Shown here piece by piece: positions 27,755-36,819 of a stretch of DNA of 64,000 nucleotides (positions are counted from its first letter, which is position 1; every line of letters starts with the position of its first letter). A model generated the notes under the pieces. The model ran no database searches and was not told where the DNA came from. It was given only the letters and a program-made list of their open reading frames with translations. The translations under genes and the position numbers were made by a program. This DNA comes from Candidatus Latescibacterota bacterium (GTDB lineage: Bacteria > Latescibacterota > UBA2968), in contig OZ220741.1 in assembly GCA_965116885.1 (NCBI GenBank), forward strand, positions 736,001 to 800,000, in the 5' to 3' direction.

Positions 27755-29125
27755 ATGCCAGTTCGCGCTTATAAAGGTCAGCCCAAATCCCCCAAGCAAC
27801 GATGGGTCTTCTTCTGCTTGCTAATATCCGTCAGTATGCTCTTTGGCCTTGGTAAAGAACCGGCAAAAGATGAACCCATCGCAACAATGACTGAAGAAAG
27901 TCCCTCAGAATCAGATCCGGTTGAAGCAAATCTCATCCTTCCACTTACCCCTCCAAAACCCAAAACTACCAGAATTGTGGGTTATATCGCCAACAAAGAA
28001 AACCTCACCGAAGCCCTCACGAGTGAAAATATCTCACGCACCGATGTTCTCGAACTTATCGATGTGCTACACAGAGATATTAAACGCACGTCATTCAATC
28101 CCAATATTGTTCGGCGTGGGGATCGCTATGAACTGGAGCTCGACAGCCATTCAACCATTCAGCACCTCAAATACACCAGACAGAACGACCACGAAACGCA
28201 ATTTATTGCCGAACGAATAAATGGCCAACTCAAAGCCAGGCAAGAAAACCTGCCATTGAAGCAAGAGGCCATCATCGTATCTGGCCGCATAAAAGACAAC
28301 ATCTGGAACGCGCTTCGTGAAACCGGTGAAAACCCGGCTCTACTGTGCGATAAACTCGGATACGTATTTGAATATTATATCGACTTTTACAACGACTGCA
28401 GAACAGGCGACCAGTTTACACTTGTCGTTGAAAAACTCTACAACAAATCCGGTGCCTTTGTTCGTTATGGCGATATTCTCACAGCCCAATACGAAGGTGA
28501 CAAAGAATCTTTTCAAGCATTTCTCTATGTTGATCCCAGTGGTGAAGACCGTTATTACGACTCAAAAGGCCACTCCCTACAGGGGCTTTTTTTGCGCAAA
28601 CCCCTGAACTTTACCCGCATCAGTTCCCCATTTACCAGCCGTAGATTTCATCCCATACTCAGAAGATACACTGCCCATCACGGCGTGGATTATGCCGCAC
28701 CTTATGGAACAAAAGTCTGGGCCATTGCCAGTGGCAAGGTTTCTTTTGTCGGACGCAAAGGACCACTTGGCAACTATATCGAAATCGAACACAGCAATGG
28801 CTATAAAACCGGCTATGGTCATCTGAGGGGATTTGCGCGGGGCCTGAAAAAAGGACAGCGCGTCAGCCAAAAACAAACCATCGGTTATGTCGGCTCGACC
28901 GGACGCTCCACAGGCCCACACTTGCACTTCAACTTTTACGCCACAGTAAATGGCAACTACAAACTGATCAACCCAACGCGAAAAATCAATCGCCCCGCAG
29001 GGCAACCCATCTCCGAAAAATACATGGCGTCTTTTCGCCAGCAACGCGACCAGTATCTCGCGCTCTTAGGTCGCAAAAACGGTTCAATCGTCACAGCCGC
29101 ATTACCGATAGGGGTAGCAGAGTAA
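27755..29125 (+). CDS. M23 peptidoglycan DD-endopeptidase (MepM-like)
   Basis: RISSPF..RRFHPI, HHGVDYAA, YGHL, STGPHLHF; N-terminal TM segment. Confidence 0.9.
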   Translation: MPVRAYKGQPKSPKQRWVFFCLLISVSMLFGLGKEPAKDEPIATMTEESPSESDPVEANLILPLTPPKPKTTRIVGYIANKENLTEALTSENISRTDVLELIDVLHRDIKRTSFNPNIVRRGDRYELELDSHSTIQHLKYTRQNDHETQFIAERINGQLKARQENLPLKQEAIIVSGRIKDNIWNALRETGENPALLCDKLGYVFEYYIDFYNDCRTGDQFTLVVEKLYNKSGAFVRYGDILTAQYEGDKESFQAFLYVDPSGEDRYYDSKGHSLQGLFLRKPLNFTRISSPFTSRRFHPILRRYTAHHGVDYAAPYGTKVWAIASGKVSFVGRKGPLGNYIEIEHSNGYKTGYGHLRGFARGLKKGQRVSQKQTIGYVGSTGRSTGPHLHFNFYATVNGNYKLINPTRKINRPAGQPISEKYMASFRQQRDQYLALLGRKNGSIVTAALPIGVAE

Positions 29126-29199
29126 ATACCAGACACTCTTCTCGCCTCCTCGGATAAACAAACCGTGAGCATTCACGGTATTTTTTTTCGAGTTATCTC

Positions 29200-30351
29200 A
29201 TGAAAGTCGCCTATTTCGACTGCTTTGCCGGCATCAGCGGCGACATGACCCTCGGCGCGATCGTCGATGCGGGCCTGTCTTTTGCCGCCCTGAAATCCGA
29301 ACTCGACAAACTCAGTGTACGCGAATTCACTCTCTCTCAGCGTCGTGTGGAAAAACACGGCATTGCCGGCACAAAAATAGATGTCAATGCTCGGGAAGGC
29401 CACGTCCACCGGCACTTAAAAGACGTCCTTGAAATCATCAACAGCAGCGCAATATCGGCCTCTGCAAAAGAAAAAGCCGCGCGCGTCTTTCAAAAACTCG
29501 CCGAAGCCGAAGCAAAAATCCACGGTACCACCATTGAAGCGGTCCACTTCCACGAAGTGGGCGCAGTAGATGCCATCGTCGATATCGTCGGCGCGATCGT
29601 CGGCCTCGAACTCCTCGAAATCGAAGCGATCTACGCCTCAAAATTCCGATTTGGCACGGGCCACACGCGGGGCGCACACGGAGCAATGCCCGTCCCTGTT
29701 CCCGCAGTCGTAGAAATGACAAAAGGCTTTCCATCGGAACGCACAAATATCCCGTATGAACTCGTCACCCCCACTGGCGCGGCCCTCCTCACGGCACTCG
29801 CCTCTAATATTGGCGAAACCATTCAGCTACGCACAGAAAGCACGGGTTATGGTGCTGGCACGCGCGACGTCGAACAGGTACCCAACCTCCTCCGCGTTGA
29901 AATCGGCGAACTCGTCTCAGACCCCCAGACCGATTTTCCCGTTCTACTCGAAACAAATATCGACGACATGACCCCTGAAATTTACGGCTACCTCATCGAC
30001 CGCCTGCTCGAAGCCGGTGCTCGCGACGCCTTCCTCACCCCCGTCATCATGAAAAAAGGCCGCCCAGGCATTCAACTCACTGTCCTGGCCGACCCCAACA
30101 AAGAAACCGAACTCACCGAACTCATCTTCTCAGAAACCACCACCCTCGGCATACGCCGCCTGCCCGTTCAGCGCCACATCCTCGAACGCCGCGCAGACAC
30201 CGTCCAAACCCCTTATGGCCCCATCCGCGTCAAAATTGCCGACATAGGTGGCAAACAGCGCATCACCCCCGAATACGACGACTGTGCCCGCATTGCACGC
30301 GAAAAACAGGTGCCGATACTCGACGTTTACAAAGCTGTCAATTTATCATAA
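29200..30351 (+). CDS. larC: Nickel-pincer cofactor nickel insertase
   Basis: DCFAGISGDM.LGA, HFHEVGAVDAIVDI, ELVTPTGAA, ETNIDD, MKKGRPG, ETTTLGIR, PEYDDC. Confidence 0.92.
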   Translation: MKVAYFDCFAGISGDMTLGAIVDAGLSFAALKSELDKLSVREFTLSQRRVEKHGIAGTKIDVNAREGHVHRHLKDVLEIINSSAISASAKEKAARVFQKLAEAEAKIHGTTIEAVHFHEVGAVDAIVDIVGAIVGLELLEIEAIYASKFRFGTGHTRGAHGAMPVPVPAVVEMTKGFPSERTNIPYELVTPTGAALLTALASNIGETIQLRTESTGYGAGTRDVEQVPNLLRVEIGELVSDPQTDFPVLLETNIDDMTPEIYGYLIDRLLEAGARDAFLTPVIMKKGRPGIQLTVLADPNKETELTELIFSETTTLGIRRLPVQRHILERRADTVQTPYGPIRVKIADIGGKQRITPEYDDCARIAREKQVPILDVYKAVNLS

Positions 30352-30386
30352 CGCAGGTATAGCTACCCTCCCCCCGGTCTCTCCCC

Positions 30387-30428
30387 AGTACGAGGAAGAG
30401 GAGACATACTCTCCCCTTCCTCGTACTA
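30387..30428. terminator. Long hairpin between convergent units
   Basis: agtacgaggaagaggaga-catac-tctccccttcctcgtact, 18-bp stem with one mismatch. Confidence 0.55.
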
Positions 30429-30612
30429 CCGCTCCAGAAGACCCTCAGGATCAAACAGAATCTCCGCATACGATGCATCCCACAGCTCCGTATCATCCCA
30501 ATCGCGCGCTTTCAGCATTAAAATCTACATACTTGACATCATAAAGTTGCCCCGCCAATCTGGTAATCCCAACAGAAATCGGAGGCTTACCCGATTGCCA
30601 ATCCACACTCAT
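30426..30612 (-). pseudogene. Frameshifted gene remnant (possibly nucleotidyltransferase/DUF4037-type)
   Basis: ...WQSGKPPISVGITRLAGQLYDVKYVDF in one frame continues as LKARDWDDTELWDASYAEILFDPEGLLER in another; protein-like and native codon bias; family assignment from memory only. Confidence 0.4.
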
Positions 30613-30630
30613 ATCCCGCAACTCTTTACC

Positions 30631-31212
30631 TCAAGAACGATCTACAAACGGGTCTGGATCGTATCTTGAATGATGTTGCGAAATGCACTGTAACACTTGA
30701 TAGCCATCTACAGGCTGCCACATATAAATTCGTCTGCATTGTGAACACAAAAAAAGAATATTGTCATCGTCAAGAGGATCGTAGAGTTTCTCGATCAACC
30801 TCGATTTTCCATATTTTTCATATAATGCATTGAGCGTTTCCAGGGGAATCGCGCGTAATGCCTCTTTAGAAATCTCCGGTTTTATACCCCACAGAGGTTT
30901 CAAATCAAACCCACAAACGCACTGTCTATCGTGCATATCTCCGTCCCGTCTGTGTACGCGTTCATCGTCAAACCATCTCCAATCGTATAGTCTTTTGCAC
31001 TTTGAACACAACTCATAATGGGCTGCTGTACCCGGCATCTCTTCATTTTTTATGAGGCGATTAATCTCCTCCTGTTCTGGCAGTCCCTGCACCTTCTTTG
31101 TCCCAACCAAACAGTATCGACATCGCCGATTTTTCTGGCGGATATAGAAGATCAGATAGATGGGACCCACCACAATAATCAGCAAAAAAATAAAAGACAA
31201 TAATCGTTCCAT
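30631..31212 (-). CDS. Membrane-anchored multi-CxxC protein, paralog 2
   Basis: N-terminal TM, then CRYC, CSKC, CVCG, CSQC..YMW. Confidence 0.7.
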   Translation of the reverse strand: MERLLSFIFLLIIVVGPIYLIFYIRQKNRRCRYCLVGTKKVQGLPEQEEINRLIKNEEMPGTAAHYELCSKCKRLYDWRWFDDERVHRRDGDMHDRQCVCGFDLKPLWGIKPEISKEALRAIPLETLNALYEKYGKSRLIEKLYDPLDDDNILFLCSQCRRIYMWQPVDGYQVLQCISQHHSRYDPDPFVDRS

Positions 31213-31214
31213 TG

Positions 31215-31787
31215 TTATTCCACTTCTTTCACATTTCGATATACACATTCGAATAGTAGCACATCGCCTTTTGGCACCCACATATAAACCCTGAAACATC
31301 GCTCACAAACGCGCAGTGCGTGGCCTTCTGGAAGTCTATCATGTCGATAGAGCATATCCTGATATCCACCGAGGAGCTTGGCAACATCCTCGCGGCTTGT
31401 CTCTTCAACCAGAGATTGGACAATTTGAGGTGGTAACCCCGTCACAATTGTTTTGAGAATCGGCGGATCTATACTCCAGGGTGTTTTGAGACCACCACCA
31501 CATTCACAATATCGGTCGCTCATATCCCAATCTTTTGATAGCCATCCTTCATCGTAAATCCTGTTGCATTTGGGACAAATTTCTAATTGATCTAAGTTGA
31601 CATCCTCTTGCTCGAGGATACTCACAATAGCGTCACGCCTGCTCTCTTCAAGCGTATCAAGGGGCAAAACGCTCTCACGGCAGACATAACATCTTTTACT
31701 CGTCCTCCTCAGAAATTTGAACAGCAAGATAAAACACAGAATCAGAACACCTGCAAATATCCAGTAGAATTCCATAACTTTACTCAA
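31215..31787 (-). CDS. Membrane-anchored multi-CxxC protein, paralog 1
   Basis: N-terminal TM, then CYVC, CPKC, CECG, CERC..YMW (start may be ATG 31775). Confidence 0.7.
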   Translation of the reverse strand: MSKVMEFYWIFAGVLILCFILLFKFLRRTSKRCYVCRESVLPLDTLEESRRDAIVSILEQEDVNLDQLEICPKCNRIYDEGWLSKDWDMSDRYCECGGGLKTPWSIDPPILKTIVTGLPPQIVQSLVEETSREDVAKLLGGYQDMLYRHDRLPEGHALRVCERCFRVYMWVPKGDVLLFECVYRNVKEVE

Positions 31788-31842
31788 TTCTTAATACATC
31801 AACAAATGTCCATAAATTTAAAACTATAGTGTCCTTTCAAGC

Positions 31843-31871
31843 AATATATCCCAAAGCCAAACAGGTGTCAA
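31843..31871 (-). promoter_or_regulatory. sigma70 promoter for the CxxC gene pair
   Basis: Minus strand TTGACA-17 nt-TATATT. Confidence 0.65.
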
Positions 31872-31981
31872 CGAACCCTGAGTCACAAATATTTGACACG
31901 ATACAATAGACAGTTGCGAGAACCGAAATCACCTGCTATTTTACCAGAGAATTTGCGGAACTAAAACAACGGAGGAAAATA

Positions 31982-34270
31982 ATGAAACTCTGGTATAACG
32001 AACCAGCGGAAGATTGGAATCACGCCTTGCCCGTGGGGGCTGGGAAACTCGGCGCCATGGTATTTGGTGGGGTGAGCAATGAACGCATACAAATGAACGA
32101 AGACTCGATCTGGGCGGGACCTCCCGTACCCAAATCACCACCGGGCGCGCAACAGGTCGTCGCACGCGCGCGTCAACTGCTCTTTGAAGGCAAATACACC
32201 GAAGCGCAGGACCTCGTACAAGAAGGCGTCATGGGAGAACGCATTGTACCGCGCAGCTATCAGACACTGGGCGACTTATTCATCGAGCAAAATGGCGTCG
32301 AACAACACACCGATTACCGCCGCGAACTCTCGCTAAACTCTGCAATCGCCACAACGCGATGGGTCGCAAATGGCGTCTCATATCACCGAGAAGTATTTGC
32401 CACAGCCATCGACCGGGCAATAATCTGTCGCATCGCATCGGACAAAGCAGGCGCAATATCGTGTCGGATATCTTTTCATCGAGAAGAAAACGCGCAGTGG
32501 TCGGGCATATCTGAAAACACACGCCTCATAACCGGACGCGCGGGACACGGAGAAACCCATCCCGGCGTAAAATTCTCTGCGGGCATCAAAGCAATAGCCG
32601 AAAATGGCCGCGTCCAGTGTGCCGACGACACCCTCGTCGTCGAAAATGCAGACGCAGTCACCATAGTCGTCTGCGCCGACACCGACTACAACTTTGACGA
32701 CCCCTACACGCCCCTGACACACGACCTGAAAGCCTCCGCGATATCCACAATAGAAGCGTGTGGTGCGCGTCCATATCCCCACGTAAAACGCGAACACGTT
32801 CGGGATCACAGCACCTACTTTAACCGATGCACCTTCTCCCTCGCAGAAGACAAAAATGACCACATCCCCACAGACCGCCGCCTCGCCGAATTCGAACACA
32901 CATCGGACCTCGCACTCGTCGCACTCTACTTCAACTTCGGACGATACCTCACAATCTGTTGCTCCCGCCCGGGCAGTTTATGCGCCAATCTACAGGGCAT
33001 CTGGAACCAGGAATACGAAGCCCCGTGGAACAGTGACTACCACATCAACATCAATATCCAGATGATCTACTGGCTCTGTGAACTCGTCGGCTTGTCCGAA
33101 TGCCATGAACCGTATTTGGAGTTTTCAAACGCCCTGCGCAAAACAGCCCGCCAAACAGCAACAGAAGTCTATGGCTGTCGCGGAACCGCGGCGCATCACA
33201 CAACAGATGCGTGGCGATTCACCGACCCATTGGGAAAGGTGCAATACGGCATGTGGCCCATGGGCTGCGGATGGAACAGCAGGCACTTTTTGGAACATTG
33301 GGATTTCAACGGCTCAGAAACATTTCTTCGGGACCAGGCCTGGCCGGTTGTGCGGGATGCCGCCCTGTTCTTCCTCGACTGGTTGGCAGAAGACCCAAAA
33401 ACCGGCAAACTCGTATCCGGTCCATCCTCCTCACCGGAAAACCGCTTCCTCGCGCCGGGTACACAGGACGTATGCAACCTCGTCATGGGACCGAGCATGG
33501 ACCAGCAGATAATCTGGGAAACATTTACAAATTGCCTGCGCTGTGCCGAGATCCTATCTCTCGACGACCCCATTATCGACGACATAAAAAGCGCATTATC
33601 CCGTCTCGCAGAACCACAAATCGGCACTGATGGACGCCTGATGGAATGGACGGAAGAATTTGAAGAACCAGAACCGGGGCATCGGCATATTTCACACATC
33701 TACGGCGTGTACCCCGGCTTCCAACTCGTCAACCAACCCGACTTTTTGGCTGCCACGCGCAAAAGCATAGAACACCGCCTCGCGCATGGCGGCGGACACA
33801 CAGGCTGGAGCAGAGCATGGCTCATCAACGTATGGGCGCGCCTGAAAGACGCGGATTGCGCCTGGGAAGACGTGCGGCAACTGCTCATACGCTCGACACT
33901 GCCCAACCTATTCGACAACCATCCCCCGTTTCAGATGGACGGCAACATGGGCGGCGCCGCGGGCATAGTGGAAATGATATTGCAAAGCCATCACAACGCC
34001 GTCGAACTATTTCCCGCACTGCCAGACGCATGGACAGAAGGCAACGCAGAAGGACTGCGGGCAAGGGGTGGATTTATTGTAGATTTACAATGGAAAAACG
34101 AAGAAAAATCCGCGCGCATAACTTCCCTATTGGGCAACCCCATCCGCATGCTATACAACGGATTGATGCGCGCTGTCAATGACGACCAGACGGTCATCGC
34201 AGAGGGCCAGGGGGAAATTGCGTTCCAAACAGAAAAAGACAAAAGCTACAACATAGTCATCTCCCAATAA
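31982..34270 (+). CDS. GH95 alpha-L-fucosidase / alpha-L-galactosidase
   Basis: [64 protein letters not shown]. Confidence 0.92.
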   Translation: MKLWYNEPAEDWNHALPVGAGKLGAMVFGGVSNERIQMNEDSIWAGPPVPKSPPGAQQVVARARQLLFEGKYTEAQDLVQEGVMGERIVPRSYQTLGDLFIEQNGVEQHTDYRRELSLNSAIATTRWVANGVSYHREVFATAIDRAIICRIASDKAGAISCRISFHREENAQWSGISENTRLITGRAGHGETHPGVKFSAGIKAIAENGRVQCADDTLVVENADAVTIVVCADTDYNFDDPYTPLTHDLKASAISTIEACGARPYPHVKREHVRDHSTYFNRCTFSLAEDKNDHIPTDRRLAEFEHTSDLALVALYFNFGRYLTICCSRPGSLCANLQGIWNQEYEAPWNSDYHININIQMIYWLCELVGLSECHEPYLEFSNALRKTARQTATEVYGCRGTAAHHTTDAWRFTDPLGKVQYGMWPMGCGWNSRHFLEHWDFNGSETFLRDQAWPVVRDAALFFLDWLAEDPKTGKLVSGPSSSPENRFLAPGTQDVCNLVMGPSMDQQIIWETFTNCLRCAEILSLDDPIIDDIKSALSRLAEPQIGTDGRLMEWTEEFEEPEPGHRHISHIYGVYPGFQLVNQPDFLAATRKSIEHRLAHGGGHTGWSRAWLINVWARLKDADCAWEDVRQLLIRSTLPNLFDNHPPFQMDGNMGGAAGIVEMILQSHHNAVELFPALPDAWTEGNAEGLRARGGFIVDLQWKNEEKSARITSLLGNPIRMLYNGLMRAVNDDQTVIAEGQGEIAFQTEKDKSYNIVISQ

Positions 34271-35024
34271 TTAACCCATCGGGATCGACCTCATCGCGCA
34301 AAATGCACAACTCCTCTTCTGTGGGCGGCACAGTCTCTACTACATCAGCCACCTGCCCCAAATCAAACCCGGTATTTATCTGCACCTCATCAAACGTCAC
34401 GCCGGGATGCACACTCTCGACCTGCATGCGACACGTATCTTCATCAAAACGCATCACCGCCAGATCCGTAATCACGCGATAAGGTCCCCCGCCTTCGGGC
34501 AACCCCGCAGCCTCCCGCGCCCCTGGCCCGGTCAGATAACCAGGCGTCGTCAAAAAATCAACCTCTTCCACAAAACGACGGCGATCGTGCTGTGTAATAA
34601 TCAGCGTGCGCCAGCAAAAACTCGCAAAATCATTGGCACCTCCGCTACCTGGAAAACGCACACGCGGTTTTTTATAATCGCCAATAACCGTAGAATTTAA
34701 ATTCCCATACGCATCGATCTGAGCACCGCCCAAAAACGCGTAATCCATCACACCCCGCTGGCACGCCTCCATAATATCACACATACTCGTCGCCATAAGC
34801 GCCCGATGTGTCGTGCGCGAATCGCCCACAGAAATAGGCATCGCGGGCAACATCGGCGCCAAACCACCTGCTTCAAAAGCCACCAAAAGCCCCGGCGCAT
34901 GCGTCTTTTGCGCCAGCATCGCCGCAGCACACGGCGCCCCCGTGCCCACCCCAACAGTCGCCCCATCCTCCAGCAACCGGGACGCCACACAAATCGCCAT
35001 TTCAACTTCATTGTAATCAGACAT
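34257..35024 (-). CDS. CoA-transferase beta subunit (glutaconate / 3-oxoacid type)
   Basis: [39 protein letters not shown]; start trimmed to MSDYN. Confidence 0.88.
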   Translation of the reverse strand: MSDYNEVEMAICVASRLLEDGATVGVGTGAPCAAAMLAQKTHAPGLLVAFEAGGLAPMLPAMPISVGDSRTTHRALMATSMCDIMEACQRGVMDYAFLGGAQIDAYGNLNSTVIGDYKKPRVRFPGSGGANDFASFCWRTLIITQHDRRRFVEEVDFLTTPGYLTGPGAREAAGLPEGGGPYRVITDLAVMRFDEDTCRMQVESVHPGVTFDEVQINTGFDLGQVADVVETVPPTEEELCILRDEVDPDGLIIGR

Positions 35025-36024
35025 AACCTGTACCCTTACCTTCCAACCGCCGCAACTCTGCCAGCCGCTCTTCCCCACCGCAAATCTCCAGATAAGTCTC
35101 AAAACAATCGACACCATACAAATACTTATCCAGAAACGCGCGATATGCCTCCACATCTCGCTCAGCGTCCAACCACGCTCTGAGATGCGTCTCATCCGAG
35201 AAATACTCCCCAGCCATATTGCCGGGATACGATCCATAAGGCACATGACACACCGCATCAACACAAAAAGCCGGAATCGCGGTCGCATTTGGATCGCTGC
35301 GAATCTCATCTGTACTCACAATGCGCTCGGCACTCACAATCACACGTTTAGATGCACGCGCCAAATCCCAATCCGCCACCGTAATACCCCGAATGCGACA
35401 ATTCCCGAACAAATCACTCTCGTGCACATGAATAAGCGCCACATCGGGATACAGAGCAGGCACAACCGTCAGCGACTTGCCCGTAAAAGGACATTCAATC
35501 TCCTTTGCTGCACTCTCTCTAAACGTATCGGTCCCCAGCATACTGCGAACAGGCATAAAAGGCACACCTGTCGCCGCTGCCCGAAACCGACATGCCAGCG
35601 CGTAATTTGTCCACTCACACACCTCAACCTCTCCGCTCTCCATCAACCGCCGCGCCTGTGCCGACAACCCGCGCGCTTCCAACCCCAAAATATATGCCGC
35701 ATCCAAACGCGAAAAAATCTGCTTCCCCGTGCGCGTACCCGCCGCCAAAATCTGAAAATCGTGCGTCGTCGTATGACCGGCAAACCCCAGATCTGTTCGC
35801 TCCTGCCGCACAACCTCGTGCAAAAGAGCCGTCGCAATCCTGTTCCCACCAAACCCGCCAGAAGCCAGATAATCCCCATCGTGCACAAACCGCGCAATCG
35901 CATCAGACACAGACATCAGCTTATCTGTCAACGCGCCCTTCTTCTCTCGAAAAAACGCCCGTGCAACATCTGGATCGGGATCTGTAAACAACGGTCCCCT
36001 GCCTGTATTTTCAGAATTTGTCAT
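35017..36024 (-). CDS. CoA-transferase alpha subunit
   Basis: DGD.LASGGF, RFRAAATGVPF.P, PDVALIHV..SD.FGN, PYGSYP. Confidence 0.88.
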   Translation of the reverse strand: MTNSENTGRGPLFTDPDPDVARAFFREKKGALTDKLMSVSDAIARFVHDGDYLASGGFGGNRIATALLHEVVRQERTDLGFAGHTTTHDFQILAAGTRTGKQIFSRLDAAYILGLEARGLSAQARRLMESGEVEVCEWTNYALACRFRAAATGVPFMPVRSMLGTDTFRESAAKEIECPFTGKSLTVVPALYPDVALIHVHESDLFGNCRIRGITVADWDLARASKRVIVSAERIVSTDEIRSDPNATAIPAFCVDAVCHVPYGSYPGNMAGEYFSDETHLRAWLDAERDVEAYRAFLDKYLYGVDCFETYLEICGGEERLAELRRLEGKGTGYV

Positions 36025-36034
36025 TATTCCCACC

Positions 36035-36805
36035 TCACAACGCTGTCCAACCGCCATCTACCAGCAGCGTATGCCCCGTAATGAGATCGGCAGCCGGACT
36101 TGCCAAAAACACCACAGCCCCCACCACATCTTCGGGCTGTCCCACGCGCCCCAGAGGAATGCGAGAAAGCAAATCCTCGCGCAACTCTTCATTGTCAAAC
36201 GTCGATTGTGTCAACGGCGTCAAAATAAACGTCGGACCCACGGCATTCACCGTAATCTGATGGGGTGCCCACTCCACAGCCAACACCCGCGTCAGATTCA
36301 CCACACCGGCCTTACTCGAACAATAAGCCGCCCGCTTGTAATAGCCCACCACCCCATTTTGCGACGCAATATTCACAATCTTGCCACCACCCGTCTCAAT
36401 CATCGACCGCGCCACGCGCTGCGACATAAAAAACAACCCCTTCAAATTCACATCCAGCACCCCATCCCAATCCGCCTCTGTCACCTCGAGCGCGTCCCTG
36501 GGTATATTCACCCCCGCATTATTCACCAGAACATCAACCCGACCATAAGTATCGATAACCCGGCTCACCGCCGCATCAATACTCTCCTGATCTGGCAATT
36601 CCAACCCCAATGGCAACCCCCGCTGCTCTAAATCTTCAATCGCTTCGCACACCTCATCCAATGCATCGACCTTCTGCGGCACCTCACACACCGCCACATC
36701 GGCACCCACCTCAGCCACCGCCAGCGCAATCGCCCGCCCAATACCCGAACCCGCACCCGTCACCAGCACCACCTTATCATCCAATCGCATACTGGGCAAC
36801 ACCAT
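36035..36805 (-). CDS. SDR-family oxidoreductase
   Basis: TGAGSGIG, NNAG, YCSSK, GHTLLVDGG. Confidence 0.92.
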   Translation of the reverse strand: MVLPSMRLDDKVVLVTGAGSGIGRAIALAVAEVGADVAVCEVPQKVDALDEVCEAIEDLEQRGLPLGLELPDQESIDAAVSRVIDTYGRVDVLVNNAGVNIPRDALEVTEADWDGVLDVNLKGLFFMSQRVARSMIETGGGKIVNIASQNGVVGYYKRAAYCSSKAGVVNLTRVLAVEWAPHQITVNAVGPTFILTPLTQSTFDNEELREDLLSRIPLGRVGQPEDVVGAVVFLASPAADLITGHTLLVDGGWTAL

Positions 36806-36819
36806 TGCGCCCGCTCCTT

